Positions 31,550 through 42,403 of a stretch of DNA of 64,000 nt are shown here, piece after piece (within the stretch, counting starts at the first letter, position 1; the number at the start of each line of letters is the position of its first letter). The notes under the pieces are model-generated. The model was not told the origin of the DNA and made no database searches. It worked only from the letters and a program-made list of their open reading frames with translations. A program made the position numbers and the translations under genes. Source of the stretch: Cyanobacteria bacterium P01_D01_bin.156 (GTDB taxonomy: Bacteria; Cyanobacteriota; Cyanobacteriia; Phormidesmidales; Phormidesmidaceae); contig JBCCQQ010000030.1 of the NCBI GenBank assembly GCA_039024555.1, forward strand, positions 1 through 64,000, written 5' to 3'.

Positions 31550-32285
31550 TAGCCTGTTCCTCCTGGGCAGCTTTTTCAGATTCGGGAAGGTTCATGGGCA
31601 TTCCCATCGCTTGCACTAGCTCCTTAGGTGGCGCTTCGCGGGTTTCAGAGCGAATGTATTCGCCTGTCAAAATTGGAGCGGCGGCTTCGAACTTATGACT
31701 ACGAGTGTAGTAACGATGGGTCTGTTCCAAAACACCACGCTCCCGCATGGATTCGTTGGCCACCTTCTTTCTCAACTTGATTACAGCATCAAAAATCGCC
31801 TCGGGTCGTGGAGGACACCCAGGGATGTAGACATCAACGGGAATCAGCTTATCAACGCCCCGCACTGCAGAAGGAGAGTCAACACTAAACATGCCGCCTG
31901 TAATGGTACAAGCGCCCATGGCAATCACATACTTGGGCTCGGGCATCTGTTCATAAAGACGCACTAAGGCTGGTGCCATCTTCATCGTGACCGTACCTGC
32001 CGTGATTAGCAGATCAGCCTGACGAGGGCTGGAACGAGGAGCTAACCCAAAACGGTCAAAATCAAACCGTGACCCCAATAGCGCTGCAAACTCAATAAAA
32101 CAACAAGCCGTCCCGTAGAGCAGTGGAAACAAGCTTGATAAGCGAGTCCAGTTATAAATGTCATCAACGGTGGTGAGGATGACATTTTCCGATAGGTCTT
32201 GGGTGACAGTCGGCGGTGCTGCCGGGTTCATTACCCGTTCGTTATCCCCAACTAGGGAACTGTCAGAGGGTGACTTTATGACCAT
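31542..32285 (-). CDS. ndhK: NDH-1 subunit K
   Basis: [19 protein letters not shown]. Confidence 0.96.
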   Translation of the reverse strand: MVIKSPSDSSLVGDNERVMNPAAPPTVTQDLSENVILTTVDDIYNWTRLSSLFPLLYGTACCFIEFAALLGSRFDFDRFGLAPRSSPRQADLLITAGTVTMKMAPALVRLYEQMPEPKYVIAMGACTITGGMFSVDSPSAVRGVDKLIPVDVYIPGCPPRPEAIFDAVIKLRKKVANESMRERGVLEQTHRYYTRSHKFEAAAPILTGEYIRSETREAPPKELVQAMGMPMNLPESEKAAQEEQANG

Positions 32286-32638
32286 TCCAATGCTCCTTTA
32301 CGCCATGCGTAAACCAGTCCAATCAGCAAAATTGCGATAAATATCAAGGCTTCGACAAATGCCAACACACCCAATTTGTGGAAAGCGACTGCCCAGGGAT
32401 ATAGAAACACAGTTTCCACATCAAAAATGACGAATACCAAGGCAAACATGTAGTAGCGAATATTGAACTGAATCCAGGCCCCACCAATGGGTTCCATTCC
32501 AGATTCATAGGTAGTTCGCCGTTCTACACCGTTCCCTTTAGCGCCCAGCAGCTTAGCAGAGCCCAAGGCTAGCACTGGCACCAGACTACAAATAATTAGA
32601 AACAGTAGGAAATATTCGTAACCAGTTAGTACAAACAC
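32276..32638 (-). CDS. ndhC: NDH-1 subunit C
   Basis: GTG start giving 120 aa ([10 protein letters not shown]...), [18 protein letters not shown]. Confidence 0.96.
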   Translation of the reverse strand: MFVLTGYEYFLLFLIICSLVPVLALGSAKLLGAKGNGVERRTTYESGMEPIGGAWIQFNIRYYMFALVFVIFDVETVFLYPWAVAFHKLGVLAFVEALIFIAILLIGLVYAWRKGALEWS

Positions 32639-32855
32639 ACGCGTTGTGATTGAATTTCTTCGCAGCGGGCCAATAGCCCCTATTAACCTTACTTCTATTC
32701 TAGTCAGCTGTGTAGTGGAATCCTCAGCCGATGGATAATTCAATGGATAAAAAAATCCGGGGATTGGTCATAGATTATTCATAGGATAGTTTTGAGCAGT
32801 ATGCATCGACCTCCGCTTTGAAGAAGACGGAACTCGATATGTAATAATTGTTTAC

Positions 32856-33263
32856 ATGACGCTAACCGAACCTCCCATGAGTATTGAGCCTGATGCCAAG
32901 CCAGCAGTCGATGGGGCTGAAACGGAAGAACCGCCTGCACCACTCACGCCTTACGAAATGGATCGCTACGAGTGTCGTCCCTGTGGCTACATGTACGAAC
33001 CGGTTAAAGGGGATGGAAAAGGGGATATCCCTGCTGGAGTGCAATTTTCAGAGTTGCCCATAACTTGGCGTTGTCCAGTGTGTGGCGCAAGACCTAAGGC
33101 ATTTGCTAATGCTGGCCCTGCGGGCAAGCCATCAGGATTTAGTGAAAATTTGGGCTACGGGCTTGGGGTTAATGTTCTGACACCAGGACAAAAGAACATT
33201 TTGATTTTTGGTGCTCTAGGGGTGGCTTTTCTCTTCTTTATGAGCTTGTACGGTCTCAAGTAA
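32856..33263 (+). CDS. rubA: Membrane-anchored rubredoxin A
   Basis: CRPCG...CPVCG, C-terminal TM helix; conserved position upstream of ycf48. Confidence 0.92.
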   Translation: MTLTEPPMSIEPDAKPAVDGAETEEPPAPLTPYEMDRYECRPCGYMYEPVKGDGKGDIPAGVQFSELPITWRCPVCGARPKAFANAGPAGKPSGFSENLGYGLGVNVLTPGQKNILIFGALGVAFLFFMSLYGLK

Positions 33264-33328
33264 CGGCTAGCGTTGGGCTAGTCGGCTGCCCAGTTTATTT
33301 CTTGTTCATTTGTCTTTAATACCTAGAG

Positions 33329-34375
33329 ATGCAAACGGTTTTGACGGATTTTTTTGATAGGCGATTAGCGGCTGGGCTAAAGCGAGTTCTTTTGGTTGCG
33401 ATCGCATTGCTAACGGTGGGCTGCACCAAATTTTTTCTACCAGCGCTGGACATTAACCCATGGCAGTCCATTGCTCTAGAAACCGATTCAACTTTCTCCG
33501 ATGTTGCCTTTGCTGCGGACCCCGAGCATGGTTGGTTAGTGGGTAGCCGTTCAACTCTGTTTGAAACCACCGATGGAGGAAACACTTGGGAGCAGAAGGT
33601 TCTTGACTTAGGTGAGCAGCGATACACATTTACATCTGTGAGCTTTGCTGGTGATGAAGGCTGGGTGGCGGGTTTACCCAGTGTTTTACTCCACACAACT
33701 GATGGTGGGAAAAGCTGGGCTAATGTGCCTTTGAGCAATCAGCTGCCCGGTTCACCCTTACTAGTTACAGCATTGGATGAAGGTTCGGTAGAAATGGCTA
33801 CTGACGTGGGCGCGATTTATCGCACTCAGGATAGCGCTCGCAACTGGACAGCATTGGTGCAGGCAGCTGTAGGTGTGGTCCGTAACATGACCCGAGATGA
33901 TGATGGTCGTTATGTGGCAGTATCGTCACGAGGTAACTTCTATTCCACTTGGGAGCCAGGGCAAGAAAGTTGGCAGCCCCACAACCGTGAAAATTCAAAG
34001 CGCCTCCAAAACATGGGATTCACCAGCGATGGCAACCTATGGCTAATTGCCCGTGGTGGTCAAATGCAGTTCAGCGAGCCCAATACTGATCCAGCGGTAC
34101 CTAAGTACGAAAGCTGGGGCGAACCCGTCCGTCCAGAGATCGGTACAAGCTGGGGCTTCCTGGATGTGGCCTATCGTACTGATGATGAGCTCTGGGTCAG
34201 TGGTGGTAGCGGTACCCTACTGATGAGTTCTGACGGAGGTGAGACGTGGCGTAAAGACGAACCCGTTGGGGATGTGCCTTCTAACCTTTATCGGATAAAG
34301 TTCTTTGGTGACAATCAAGGCTTTATTCTGGGGCAACGCGGGTATTTGCTCCGTTACGAAACAGCTAGCGCCTGA
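33329..34375 (+). CDS. ycf48: PSII assembly factor Ycf48/HCF136
   Basis: Lipoprotein, T.DGG.TW repeats, AVSSRGNFY. Confidence 0.95.
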   Translation: MQTVLTDFFDRRLAAGLKRVLLVAIALLTVGCTKFFLPALDINPWQSIALETDSTFSDVAFAADPEHGWLVGSRSTLFETTDGGNTWEQKVLDLGEQRYTFTSVSFAGDEGWVAGLPSVLLHTTDGGKSWANVPLSNQLPGSPLLVTALDEGSVEMATDVGAIYRTQDSARNWTALVQAAVGVVRNMTRDDDGRYVAVSSRGNFYSTWEPGQESWQPHNRENSKRLQNMGFTSDGNLWLIARGGQMQFSEPNTDPAVPKYESWGEPVRPEIGTSWGFLDVAYRTDDELWVSGGSGTLLMSSDGGETWRKDEPVGDVPSNLYRIKFFGDNQGFILGQRGYLLRYETASA

Positions 34376-34611
34376 TGCTTGAGCTAACTGTAGGATTTTG
34401 ATTTTGTTGAGCTTTGAACCTAAAGATTTTGAGTTCAAGGCCAAAAAAACTGAAGGAATCCTAAATGTTGGCTTGATAGGGATATACTCTGTTCCCTATT
34501 ATGTAACTAAATATTGTTCACATCTAGATACCTGAAATTCTAGTTAGGTTCTTTCAGGGTTCACTTTAGATTTGATTCAACGCCTATTCGCTATCAAGAG
34601 GAGATTTTTCA

Positions 34612-34857
34612 ATGGCAGGTTCTACCGGAGAACGACCATTTTCCGACATTATTACTAGCATTCGCTACTGGATTATCCACAGCATCACAATCCCTGCCCT
34701 ATTTATCGCGGGTTGGCTGTTTGTATCCACGGGTCTTGCCTATGATGTATTCGGTACTCCCCGTCCTAACGAATACTTCCCCAGTAACCAGGTTCAGGTA
34801 CCTATTCTCGATAATCGCTACGGAGCGGACAAGCAAATTACCGATTTTGGTAATTAG
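34612..34857 (+). CDS. psbE: Cytochrome b559 alpha subunit
   Basis: [23 protein letters not shown]. Confidence 0.98.
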   Translation: MAGSTGERPFSDIITSIRYWIIHSITIPALFIAGWLFVSTGLAYDVFGTPRPNEYFPSNQVQVPILDNRYGADKQITDFGN

Positions 34858-34910
34858 AACCAGTCAGCGTTCTTATCTCTATTGCTGTTAATCGACATTA
34901 AGATTTTCTT

Positions 34911-35045
34911 ATGACCAGCCAAAACCCTAACGAGCCCATTGTTTATCCTATTTTTACAGTGCGTTGGCTCGCCGTTCATGGCCTTGGCGTCCCCAGTGTC
35001 TTTTTCTTGGGTGCCATTGCTGCAATGCAATTTATTCAGCGATAG
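34911..35045 (+). CDS. psbF: Cytochrome b559 beta subunit
   Basis: Manual translation [44 protein letters not shown]. Confidence 0.97.
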   Translation: MTSQNPNEPIVYPIFTVRWLAVHGLGVPSVFFLGAIAAMQFIQR

Positions 35046-35054
35046 GAGATTACT

Positions 35055-35174
35055 GTGGATAGAACCCCCAACCCTAATAAACAGCCCGTTGAGTTAAACC
35101 GTACTTCTTTGTTCCTCGGTTTGCTTTTGGTATTTGTACTGGGTCTATTGTTTTCCAGCTATTTCTTCAACTAA
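35055..35174 (+). CDS. psbL: Photosystem II protein L
   Basis: GTG start; [39 protein letters not shown]. Confidence 0.96.
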   Translation: MDRTPNPNKQPVELNRTSLFLGLLLVFVLGLLFSSYFFN

Positions 35175-35260
35175 TGCTGTCGGATGGTGATGGCTTCACT
35201 AGAGCTATCTGAGTTCGTGGGTACATAAATGAGAGTAGTTGATAAATAGGAGATAAATTC

Positions 35261-35380
35261 ATGTTTAAGGATGGCCGAATTCCCCTTTGGATCGTGGCAA
35301 CTGTAGCTGGCACAGGTGTGCTTGTTGTTGTTAGTCTATTTTTCTACGGTGCCTACGCCGGTGTAGGTTCTGGTGTTTAA
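35261..35380 (+). CDS. psbJ: Photosystem II protein J
   Basis: [39 protein letters not shown]. Confidence 0.96.
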   Translation: MFKDGRIPLWIVATVAGTGVLVVVSLFFYGAYAGVGSGV

Positions 35381-35475
35381 GGCCACTCAGGTTGACTTTT
35401 TGCACTAACACTAGAGCATCTTTTCCGGTGCTTTCAATGTTTTGCCTCATCCAGCGATAGTTGAACAGGCGTAAG

Positions 35476-35508
35476 TAAAGCCCCATGAGCTTAGCTCATG
35501 GGGCTTTA
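35476..35508. terminator. Hairpin terminator of psbEFLJ
   Basis: TAAAGCCCCATGAGC-TTA-GCTCATGGGGCTTTA. Confidence 0.75.
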
Positions 35509-35517
35509 TGTATGATT

Positions 35518-35609
35518 GCCGTTGCTGATTTAGAGGATGAAACGCTCTATACATCTGTCCAGAGTTCTGGATTTGGCAGATAACATCATCCCGAGGAATC
35601 AACAACGGC
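35518..35609. mobile_element. 92-bp MITE, copy B
   Basis: Ends GCCGTTGCTGAT / ATCAACAACGGC; flanks GTATGATT / ATATGTTT match at 6 of 8 positions. Confidence 0.8.
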
Positions 35610-35658
35610 ATATGTTTTATTGCTGTGGTGTCTTGAATGAAATGCCCATATATACAAC

Positions 35659-35688
35659 AAGAACCGCTAAATACACTTAGCGGTTCTT
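35659..35688 (-). terminator. Hairpin downstream of psaI
   Basis: AAGAACCGCTAA-ATACAC-TTAGCGGTTCTT. Confidence 0.6.
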
Positions 35689-35801
35689 ACTAGACCAAAG
35701 GGCGCGCTGCTGATCCTTGGAAAGCACTAGGTCAGCTAGCTGTTAAAGCGCCATCGCAATTTGTCTAGCTCAATAACACTAAAAGACCGCGTCACCAGAA
35801 T

Positions 35802-35912
35802 TTATGCAGAGGTTTCTTCCTGTTCTATGTACAGGAACATGGCAATCATAAATGCAAATGCATGGATCGCTACAATGGGCACCATAACCTGAGGCAAAAG
35901 GGATGTATCCAT
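35802..35912 (-). CDS. psaI: Photosystem I subunit VIII, divergent (36 aa, absent from ORF track)
   Basis: AGGAG RBS; MDTSLLPQVMVPIVAIHAFAFMIAMFLYIEQEETSA has the LP...VP and FLYIE motifs; convergent on psbJ. Confidence 0.75.
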   Translation of the reverse strand: MDTSLLPQVMVPIVAIHAFAFMIAMFLYIEQEETSA

Positions 35913-36165
35913 TTATCAAGTCTCCTATCTCTCAAAAATGAGCAATCGCTCTGAAGATTAAACCATTATTACAGCCCAACTATTCAGTCCTTTGAGAAAA
36001 GACATTAAGCTGAGTGTGAGTCTAAGACCTAAGCTTTAATTTACTGTGATTTGCTACAGGATATGACGATTGTTGAGAAAGTTTGCAGTCTCTAAAGTTC
36101 CAACTTCAGTCATTGTGGTATGACAGCTATCCCTAAAAATAAACGTGATGTTGAATCACCTATAA

Positions 36166-38319
36166 CTAGAAGTTGAGATCGTCAAAAATAGACAGAGAGT
36201 TATCCGGTGGCATCACTTGACGATTGTGGATAACTTTACGGCTTTCTTGTAGTGTGGCCATATCGATTGTGATGGCGGCAAACTGTAGCTCTAAACAACT
36301 GGTGGGAATCTTGACTCGCATCAACGTTTCCAATTCATGAGAATCATTGGGTGTGAGCTGCATCAACAAGCGGGGGGCATCCACCAGGGTGCGGGTTTGC
36401 AAATCATTCATCCAGACTTTGACATAGACCTGATTGTTATCAGTAGGGACCCGCACCCGCACGGCTACCCATTCCCCGGCAACCAGCTCCTGATCGGGAA
36501 TATCTAAAATAGGGGCTGCCACCTGTCTTGGGGCATCATCATTCGGTCCTGAAGAATCTGCGGTCGGCGTTAAGGGTGCATCCGGAGCTGGGGAATCGTA
36601 CACCACAAATTCATCACTTTGTAGATTTCCCGCCGATAGGGGGCTTGCTGATGGAGTATTGGAAATATCTAGGGCCTTTTTTACTTCTAAAGACTGACGA
36701 TAACCATCCTGGGTAAACTGATTAAGCTTCTGCCAAAAGCGTTCCTGCAGCCGTAGCTGCTGGAAGGCTAAATCTATTTCATCAACGAGGTCTGAATTCA
36801 GTTGATTTTCAGCAGCTGGACTAACAAAGTCATGCTCAAAGGCATCATTTTCTTGAGTAAACAGATCCGCAGGGGTTAGCCGGTCTCCTAAAGCGGCGTT
36901 GACTAGTTCCCGGTCGAGATCATCATCGCGAATACTGCTGCGCTCAAATATGCGAGGTTCTGCAAAGGGGCGCTGTGAAGTACTTTGATCTTCTTCTAAG
37001 TCGTCCTGAGCGCTATGCTCCGTTGGCTTGTCTGTTTCAAGAGACGGTGGCTGCTCGCTGTCGGCAAACGATTGTTTGTCCGATGCTAATAATCGATCGA
37101 CATCTGCCAACAGTGATTTGCCAGGTTCAATAACGTCTGTGAGGTCAGAATTTTCTGACGTATTTTCTACTAATGGAGTGTCTTCATCCCGATCGCTGTT
37201 ATCAGCAACAGGGGCTTCGGGGCTTGATGGTGAAGAGTTAGGAAATTCTGGTAGCTCTGGCTCCGATTGATGGTCAGTCTCTGAAGAATCGGTAGACTTG
37301 AGCTGAGGCGGTAAAGCCATCCCTGTGGATGGGATTATTTCCCTCGGTATCAGTGCAATGTCGTTGTCTAGCAGTGTGGCTGTCTTCTCAGGTGAAGGCA
37401 CTAGAGCTTCGGTAGTGCCTGGAAAAATCGAAATCTCTTCTTCAAATGTAGGTTCAGACTGATTTGCGATCGCATCTAGCATTTGAGCTAAACCCACCGT
37501 TACGGTAAACGAAGCAGAGGCCACCGTTGCCCCCGACAATGTTCGAGCCGAAATGGCACCTAAAATCACCTGGGTAGACAGTTCTTCCGGTAATGTAATG
37601 GTCACCGCAAACGGTTTAGATGAGTTAGTTGCATCAAAAGCTTTTTCCTGTAACGTACTTGCCGATTGCGGGTCCCGCAGCTCTACCCATAGCTGTCCTT
37701 GGAAAGGCGTTGTAGATGCCGGAGTCAAATCCCCCATCAACGTTAGAGGTTGACCGGGCTGAGTCACATAGGCTTGCTGCTTTAGCTGCAGCTGTACGGG
37801 GTCCGCGATGGTTTCATCCTGAACATCGTTATTGATCAAATTGCTGAATTCATCGACTGGCGTATCGGACGGAATCTCTGGGGCATGCTCAAGGGTTTCC
37901 GGGAACACCTCGTTTTCCTGGATTGCGTCTTGACCTACGGTCCAATCAGGTTCCCACTCTTCTTCCTCTCGGGGGGTGACTTGCAGCTGTACCGAATACT
38001 GCCATCCCTCTCCCAGAAAATCATCAAGCACATCAGGGCTATTACAGTGAATTTCCCAATGGCCGGGACTCAATTGCATATAAGGAAAAATTGCCAGCAG
38101 CCCTGAGTCGTTAGTCATCGTTTTGCGTTTACGCACCCGTCGTCGGGGCGGCACTTCATCCAGCAAAAGCTGACTTACACGCACTTCAACGGAGGTGTCA
38201 TCGTAGCTGGTATGGGCGGCCATGCGATAACGACCTTCTAATATTTCTACCTGTCGTGTTTCCAACGGTAGCCAGGTTTGATCCCCTTCTTGTTGAATTA
38301 AAAACTCCCAATACCGCAT
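36166..38319 (-). CDS. Conserved cyanobacterial hypothetical protein with an acidic low-complexity middle region
   Basis: 717-aa ORF starting MRYWEFLIQQEGD; C-terminal beta-rich domain. Confidence 0.75.
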   Translation of the reverse strand: MRYWEFLIQQEGDQTWLPLETRQVEILEGRYRMAAHTSYDDTSVEVRVSQLLLDEVPPRRRVRKRKTMTNDSGLLAIFPYMQLSPGHWEIHCNSPDVLDDFLGEGWQYSVQLQVTPREEEEWEPDWTVGQDAIQENEVFPETLEHAPEIPSDTPVDEFSNLINNDVQDETIADPVQLQLKQQAYVTQPGQPLTLMGDLTPASTTPFQGQLWVELRDPQSASTLQEKAFDATNSSKPFAVTITLPEELSTQVILGAISARTLSGATVASASFTVTVGLAQMLDAIANQSEPTFEEEISIFPGTTEALVPSPEKTATLLDNDIALIPREIIPSTGMALPPQLKSTDSSETDHQSEPELPEFPNSSPSSPEAPVADNSDRDEDTPLVENTSENSDLTDVIEPGKSLLADVDRLLASDKQSFADSEQPPSLETDKPTEHSAQDDLEEDQSTSQRPFAEPRIFERSSIRDDDLDRELVNAALGDRLTPADLFTQENDAFEHDFVSPAAENQLNSDLVDEIDLAFQQLRLQERFWQKLNQFTQDGYRQSLEVKKALDISNTPSASPLSAGNLQSDEFVVYDSPAPDAPLTPTADSSGPNDDAPRQVAAPILDIPDQELVAGEWVAVRVRVPTDNNQVYVKVWMNDLQTRTLVDAPRLLMQLTPNDSHELETLMRVKIPTSCLELQFAAITIDMATLQESRKVIHNRQVMPPDNSLSIFDDLNF

Positions 38320-38742
38320 ACTTAAAAACCTGTCAGAGACCTGCTCCTAGCTCCTGTATAAACTTGCATCAACACAGCTAGATACAGCATAGGGGCAATC
38401 CTAGCAAAGATAGCTAAGATTCTCACGTTTTTTAGCAAGAGTTACCCACTTCTAAACAGTTAATACAGCGATGGCTACAAAGCCCTAAAAACTGAGTATG
38501 TTCTTAGGGGAGTGACGGTTTAATAGATTTTGTTTGAGAATTCCTGTTGCTGATCTAAGGGGGATATCAATTTGGTATCGAGCTGGTGATAAATCGATAG
38601 GTCTCGCATAACAGTATGCTGCGGAGCGGCACCGCCGAGATTTTTACTCTTCTAAGCAGCTGTTAAGAGACGATGTCACCGGTTAAGTCTGAAAAGCTTG
38701 TTAAGCCATGATTTAAATGGACAAGGCTGTGATGCTAATTTT

Positions 38743-38833
38743 GCCGTTGCTGATTTAGGGAATGAAACGATCTGTAAACCTGATCAGTTACCTAGATTTG
38801 ACAGCTAAAATCATCCCGAGGATCAGCAACGGC
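38743..38833. mobile_element. 91-bp MITE, copy C
   Basis: Perfect 12-bp TIR GCCGTTGCTGAT / ATCAGCAACGGC; perfect 8-bp direct repeat CTAATTTT at 38735-38742 and 38834-38841. Confidence 0.9.
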
Positions 38834-38869
38834 CTAATTTTTTAACAAGCCCTAAGTTGCAACAGTATA

Positions 38870-41359
38870 TTATTTGAGGGGATTGGGAGTGTGGATAGTG
38901 TATCCCTGGGCATAGTCAATGCCCAAACTGCTGACAGTTTCTAGAATGGTCGGTGTTTCCACAAACTCAGCAATAGTTTTTAGCCCCATCATATGTCCAA
39001 TGTTATTAATGGACTGAAGCATGGCGTAGAGAATCTTATCTGTAGGTGCTTCTCTAACAAAATTTCCATCAATTTTTAGATAGTCTACAGGTAAATGTTT
39101 GAGATAGCTAAAGGATGACATCCCGCTACCAAAGTCATCGAGGGCAAAATGGCAGCCGATTTTTTTAAGTTCCAGAATTAGGGCCGCGGTTGTTTGAAGG
39201 TTTGCGATCGCAGATGTTTCAGTAATTTCAAAACATAGCATCCCCGGATGGATTGGATACTTTTCCAGTTGTTGTTTTAAGAATGCCAGAAACTGTTCGT
39301 CATTTAAGCTAGACCCTGACAAATTTACACTGTAGATGGTGTTGTCTGCGGCAGAACAGGACGACAAATACTCAAAAAAGTGCTGAATGACCCAGCGATC
39401 AATCCGAGGCATGAGATGATAGCGTTCTGCCGTTGGTAGAAAAGCCATGGGTGGCGTTACCTCGGTTGAGTCGGATGAGGGCAAACGCAACAGGATTTCG
39501 CACAAATTAGCGTGATTCTGCGCGGGATTGATGGCTGCAATGGTTTGGCAATAAAGTTGAAATCGATCGTTATCCAGCGCTTCAGTAATGCGTGAAAACC
39601 ACTGACTATCTGTGGACTGCCGCGTAATATAGTCGTCATCAGGATGATAGATTTGTACCCTGTTTCGGCCTTTATTTTTAGCGGTATAACAGGCGGCATC
39701 CGCCAGTCGTAAAACATTCTCACTGCTGGATTTTTGAGTCGTGATGGGGACAATCCCAATACTCACCCCAATGCGAAAAACATTGCCCTCATACCAGAAA
39801 CGGTAGTGCTGCACGCGATCGCAAAATGATGTTGCAATCTCCGATGCCCGTGCCAAGTTGCAGTCATATAAAATCAGACCAAACTCATCTCCCCCTAAAC
39901 GGGCCAAAATATCCGTTTGGCGGATACATCCTTGCCATAGCGCTGTTACCTGACGTAGCAGCTGGTCTCCTGCCGCATGCCCACAGGTATCATTCACTGC
40001 CTTAAAGTGATCCAAATCCATATAACACAGCATGTGCTGTCTTTGAGTAGGCATGAGATCTTCAATGGCATCATCCAAATACTGAATAAACCGTTTACGG
40101 TTATAGAGCCCCGTCAAAGGATCGTGTGCGGCTTGCCAGGCCAGCTGATGGGAACGCCCCCGCTCTTCGGTAACATCATGAAAAACAAGCACCGTACCCA
40201 AAATATCGCCCTTATCCGAACGAATTGGAGCTGCCGAATCTCCAATGGCAAACTCTTCTCCATTCTTAGATACCAAGATGGGATGCTCACTCAGACTAAT
40301 CACCTGTTTTTCCTCTATCGCCTTTAATGCAGGGTTGAACAGAGGTTCTCTCGTTTTACTATCAATAATGTTGCACACTTCTGAGATGGAACGATGCTTC
40401 GCTTCCACAGCTCGCCAACCTGTTAATTTCTCGGCCACAGGGTTAAAGTCCTTGATAAATCCCTGTTCATCTGTAGTGATAACAGCATCTCCGATGGAGT
40501 GGAGGGTGATTTGTGCTAGTTCCTTCTCCTTATAGAGATCTTTTTCCAGTAACTTACGCGCAGTAATATCGGTTTGAGAACCTGCTATACGATAAGCCTC
40601 CCCATTTTCATTCCATAGAGCCATGCCGCGTGTGAGCATCCAACGATAGCTACCATTGCTATGCAAAATACGATACTCACATCGAAACTTAGATCGATGA
40701 TACTGAAGATGTTGCTGCAGTTGTTTCTCAAAGATTGGTCTATCTTCTGGATGAATTCGATTTAACCAATCATCGGGATTGTTGAATGCCGTCTCGTTGG
40801 GCAAACCGATTAAATATTTCCAGCGATTTGAAAAAAAGATTTGACTTGTCTTCAGGTCCCAATCCCAAATACCATCGTTAGCTCCTTGCACCGCCAGCTC
40901 ATAACGTTCTTCACTAATGGCTAACTGTCGCGTTAATTCTGTACGTTCAATAGCGTATTGGATGGTCTTGGCCAAAAGATTGCCTACATCAACGTACCCA
41001 AGCTGAGCTAACCGTTCTGGAGAAAACGTATCTGACTTCACTAAATAATCTTGAGCTCCTTCTTTCAGGGCAGCCACAGCTACCTGCTGATCTTGAATGC
41101 CCGTAAGCACAACAACAGGAATTTGAGGAGCTAGAATCTTTAACTGTTTAACTAGATCAACCCCTTGCCCATCTGGTAAACACAGGTCTAGTAGAACGAC
41201 GTCATAGTTATGATTTTCAAGAGCCTGAAGTGCTTCATGAAAACGAACTGTATGGTGTAACTGGGAATCAATGATCTCTGATGAAGAGAGTAATGTTTCA
41301 AACAACTGGGCGTCGGCGAGGTTATCCTCTACCAACAATGCGTCTATGCCCCTAGCCAT
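38870..41359 (-). CDS. REC-PAS-PAS-GGDEF-EAL c-di-GMP signalling protein
   Basis: REC (VLLDLCLPD), PAS (DGIWDWD), RLGGDEF, EILLR and LDDFGSG. Confidence 0.92.
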   Translation of the reverse strand: MARGIDALLVEDNLADAQLFETLLSSSEIIDSQLHHTVRFHEALQALENHNYDVVLLDLCLPDGQGVDLVKQLKILAPQIPVVVLTGIQDQQVAVAALKEGAQDYLVKSDTFSPERLAQLGYVDVGNLLAKTIQYAIERTELTRQLAISEERYELAVQGANDGIWDWDLKTSQIFFSNRWKYLIGLPNETAFNNPDDWLNRIHPEDRPIFEKQLQQHLQYHRSKFRCEYRILHSNGSYRWMLTRGMALWNENGEAYRIAGSQTDITARKLLEKDLYKEKELAQITLHSIGDAVITTDEQGFIKDFNPVAEKLTGWRAVEAKHRSISEVCNIIDSKTREPLFNPALKAIEEKQVISLSEHPILVSKNGEEFAIGDSAAPIRSDKGDILGTVLVFHDVTEERGRSHQLAWQAAHDPLTGLYNRKRFIQYLDDAIEDLMPTQRQHMLCYMDLDHFKAVNDTCGHAAGDQLLRQVTALWQGCIRQTDILARLGGDEFGLILYDCNLARASEIATSFCDRVQHYRFWYEGNVFRIGVSIGIVPITTQKSSSENVLRLADAACYTAKNKGRNRVQIYHPDDDYITRQSTDSQWFSRITEALDNDRFQLYCQTIAAINPAQNHANLCEILLRLPSSDSTEVTPPMAFLPTAERYHLMPRIDRWVIQHFFEYLSSCSAADNTIYSVNLSGSSLNDEQFLAFLKQQLEKYPIHPGMLCFEITETSAIANLQTTAALILELKKIGCHFALDDFGSGMSSFSYLKHLPVDYLKIDGNFVREAPTDKILYAMLQSINNIGHMMGLKTIAEFVETPTILETVSSLGIDYAQGYTIHTPNPLK

Positions 41360-41780
41360 GCAATTAACCTACAGTAGTGTGACGATAAATGTTCAATATC
41401 TCTAAAAGAGAGCTTGCCAGCTGTAAACGAGACCAATAACGGTATGGAGGTATGGATTAACCAAAAACCGTTTTGATTGTGGATGGGGTGTGGAAAATAA
41501 AGCAATCAAATTCGTGGAACTGGCGATGGTTTGGAATAACGCATGACGCCCATATTGCTCAATCAAAATGAGTGCTGGAAGTCTAAAAGACAACAGCCAT
41601 ATGGCGTAAACCGATAAACACATTTATCGACCTGGTAACCATTAGAATGGAAATCAATAAAATTGTATATAGAAGAAATACGGATGTTGGGTGAAAATCC
41701 TTAACCCATAGTGTTTAGAGCATCTTATCTTGGGGGTAAATAACCGTTTGTCTACGGTAAAAATAGTGAGTTAGTAATAG

Positions 41781-42221
41781 TTATTCAGGGATATTGTTAT
41801 CGCTGGGTAACTGAACAGTTTTAAGCCAAAAATTATGAATAACCCGCGCCACTAGCTTATATTCATCAAAGTCTATAGGCTTTGTAATGTAGGCATTGGC
41901 ATGGAGTTGATAGCTTTTGGAAATGTCGCTACTGGCGCTTGAACTGGAAAAAATGATTGTGGGAATTGTGCGCCAGCTATGGTTCGATTTGATTTCGTGA
42001 AGAATCTCATAACCATCTTTCCCAGGCAAGTTTAGATCCAGCAAAATAATGCAGGGAATATTCGTTTGAATGTATTGATTCAAATTCTGTAAGAATCCTA
42101 GGGCTTCGTATCCGTTGCTGATAACCTGAAGCGTATGTGAACAGTCAACCTCTTCAAAGGCGGCTGATAAAATTGCTGCATCTGTTGGAGAATCCTCAAT
42201 GAGGAGTATGGTGGCAGTCAT
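41781..42221 (-). CDS. Single-domain response regulator (Rcp1-like)
   Basis: ILLIEDS, ILLDLNLP, ANAYITKP, FWLKTVQLP. Confidence 0.9.
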   Translation of the reverse strand: MTATILLIEDSPTDAAILSAAFEEVDCSHTLQVISNGYEALGFLQNLNQYIQTNIPCIILLDLNLPGKDGYEILHEIKSNHSWRTIPTIIFSSSSASSDISKSYQLHANAYITKPIDFDEYKLVARVIHNFWLKTVQLPSDNNIPE

Positions 42222-42403
42222 ACCTAGGATTAATTGGTTCAGGAATACACATCAGCAAATCTTTAAAGCTATTTTCTATGAGAGTTCTAATGAGCCTTGA
42301 AAGCTAGAATTCGTTGCCTATAACAGGCTAAACTAGCGTCCCTACTGAGTTAAAAAAGAGCGCCAAAGAACTCTACCATCATGTTATTTCAGTGATGTAA
42401 TCT

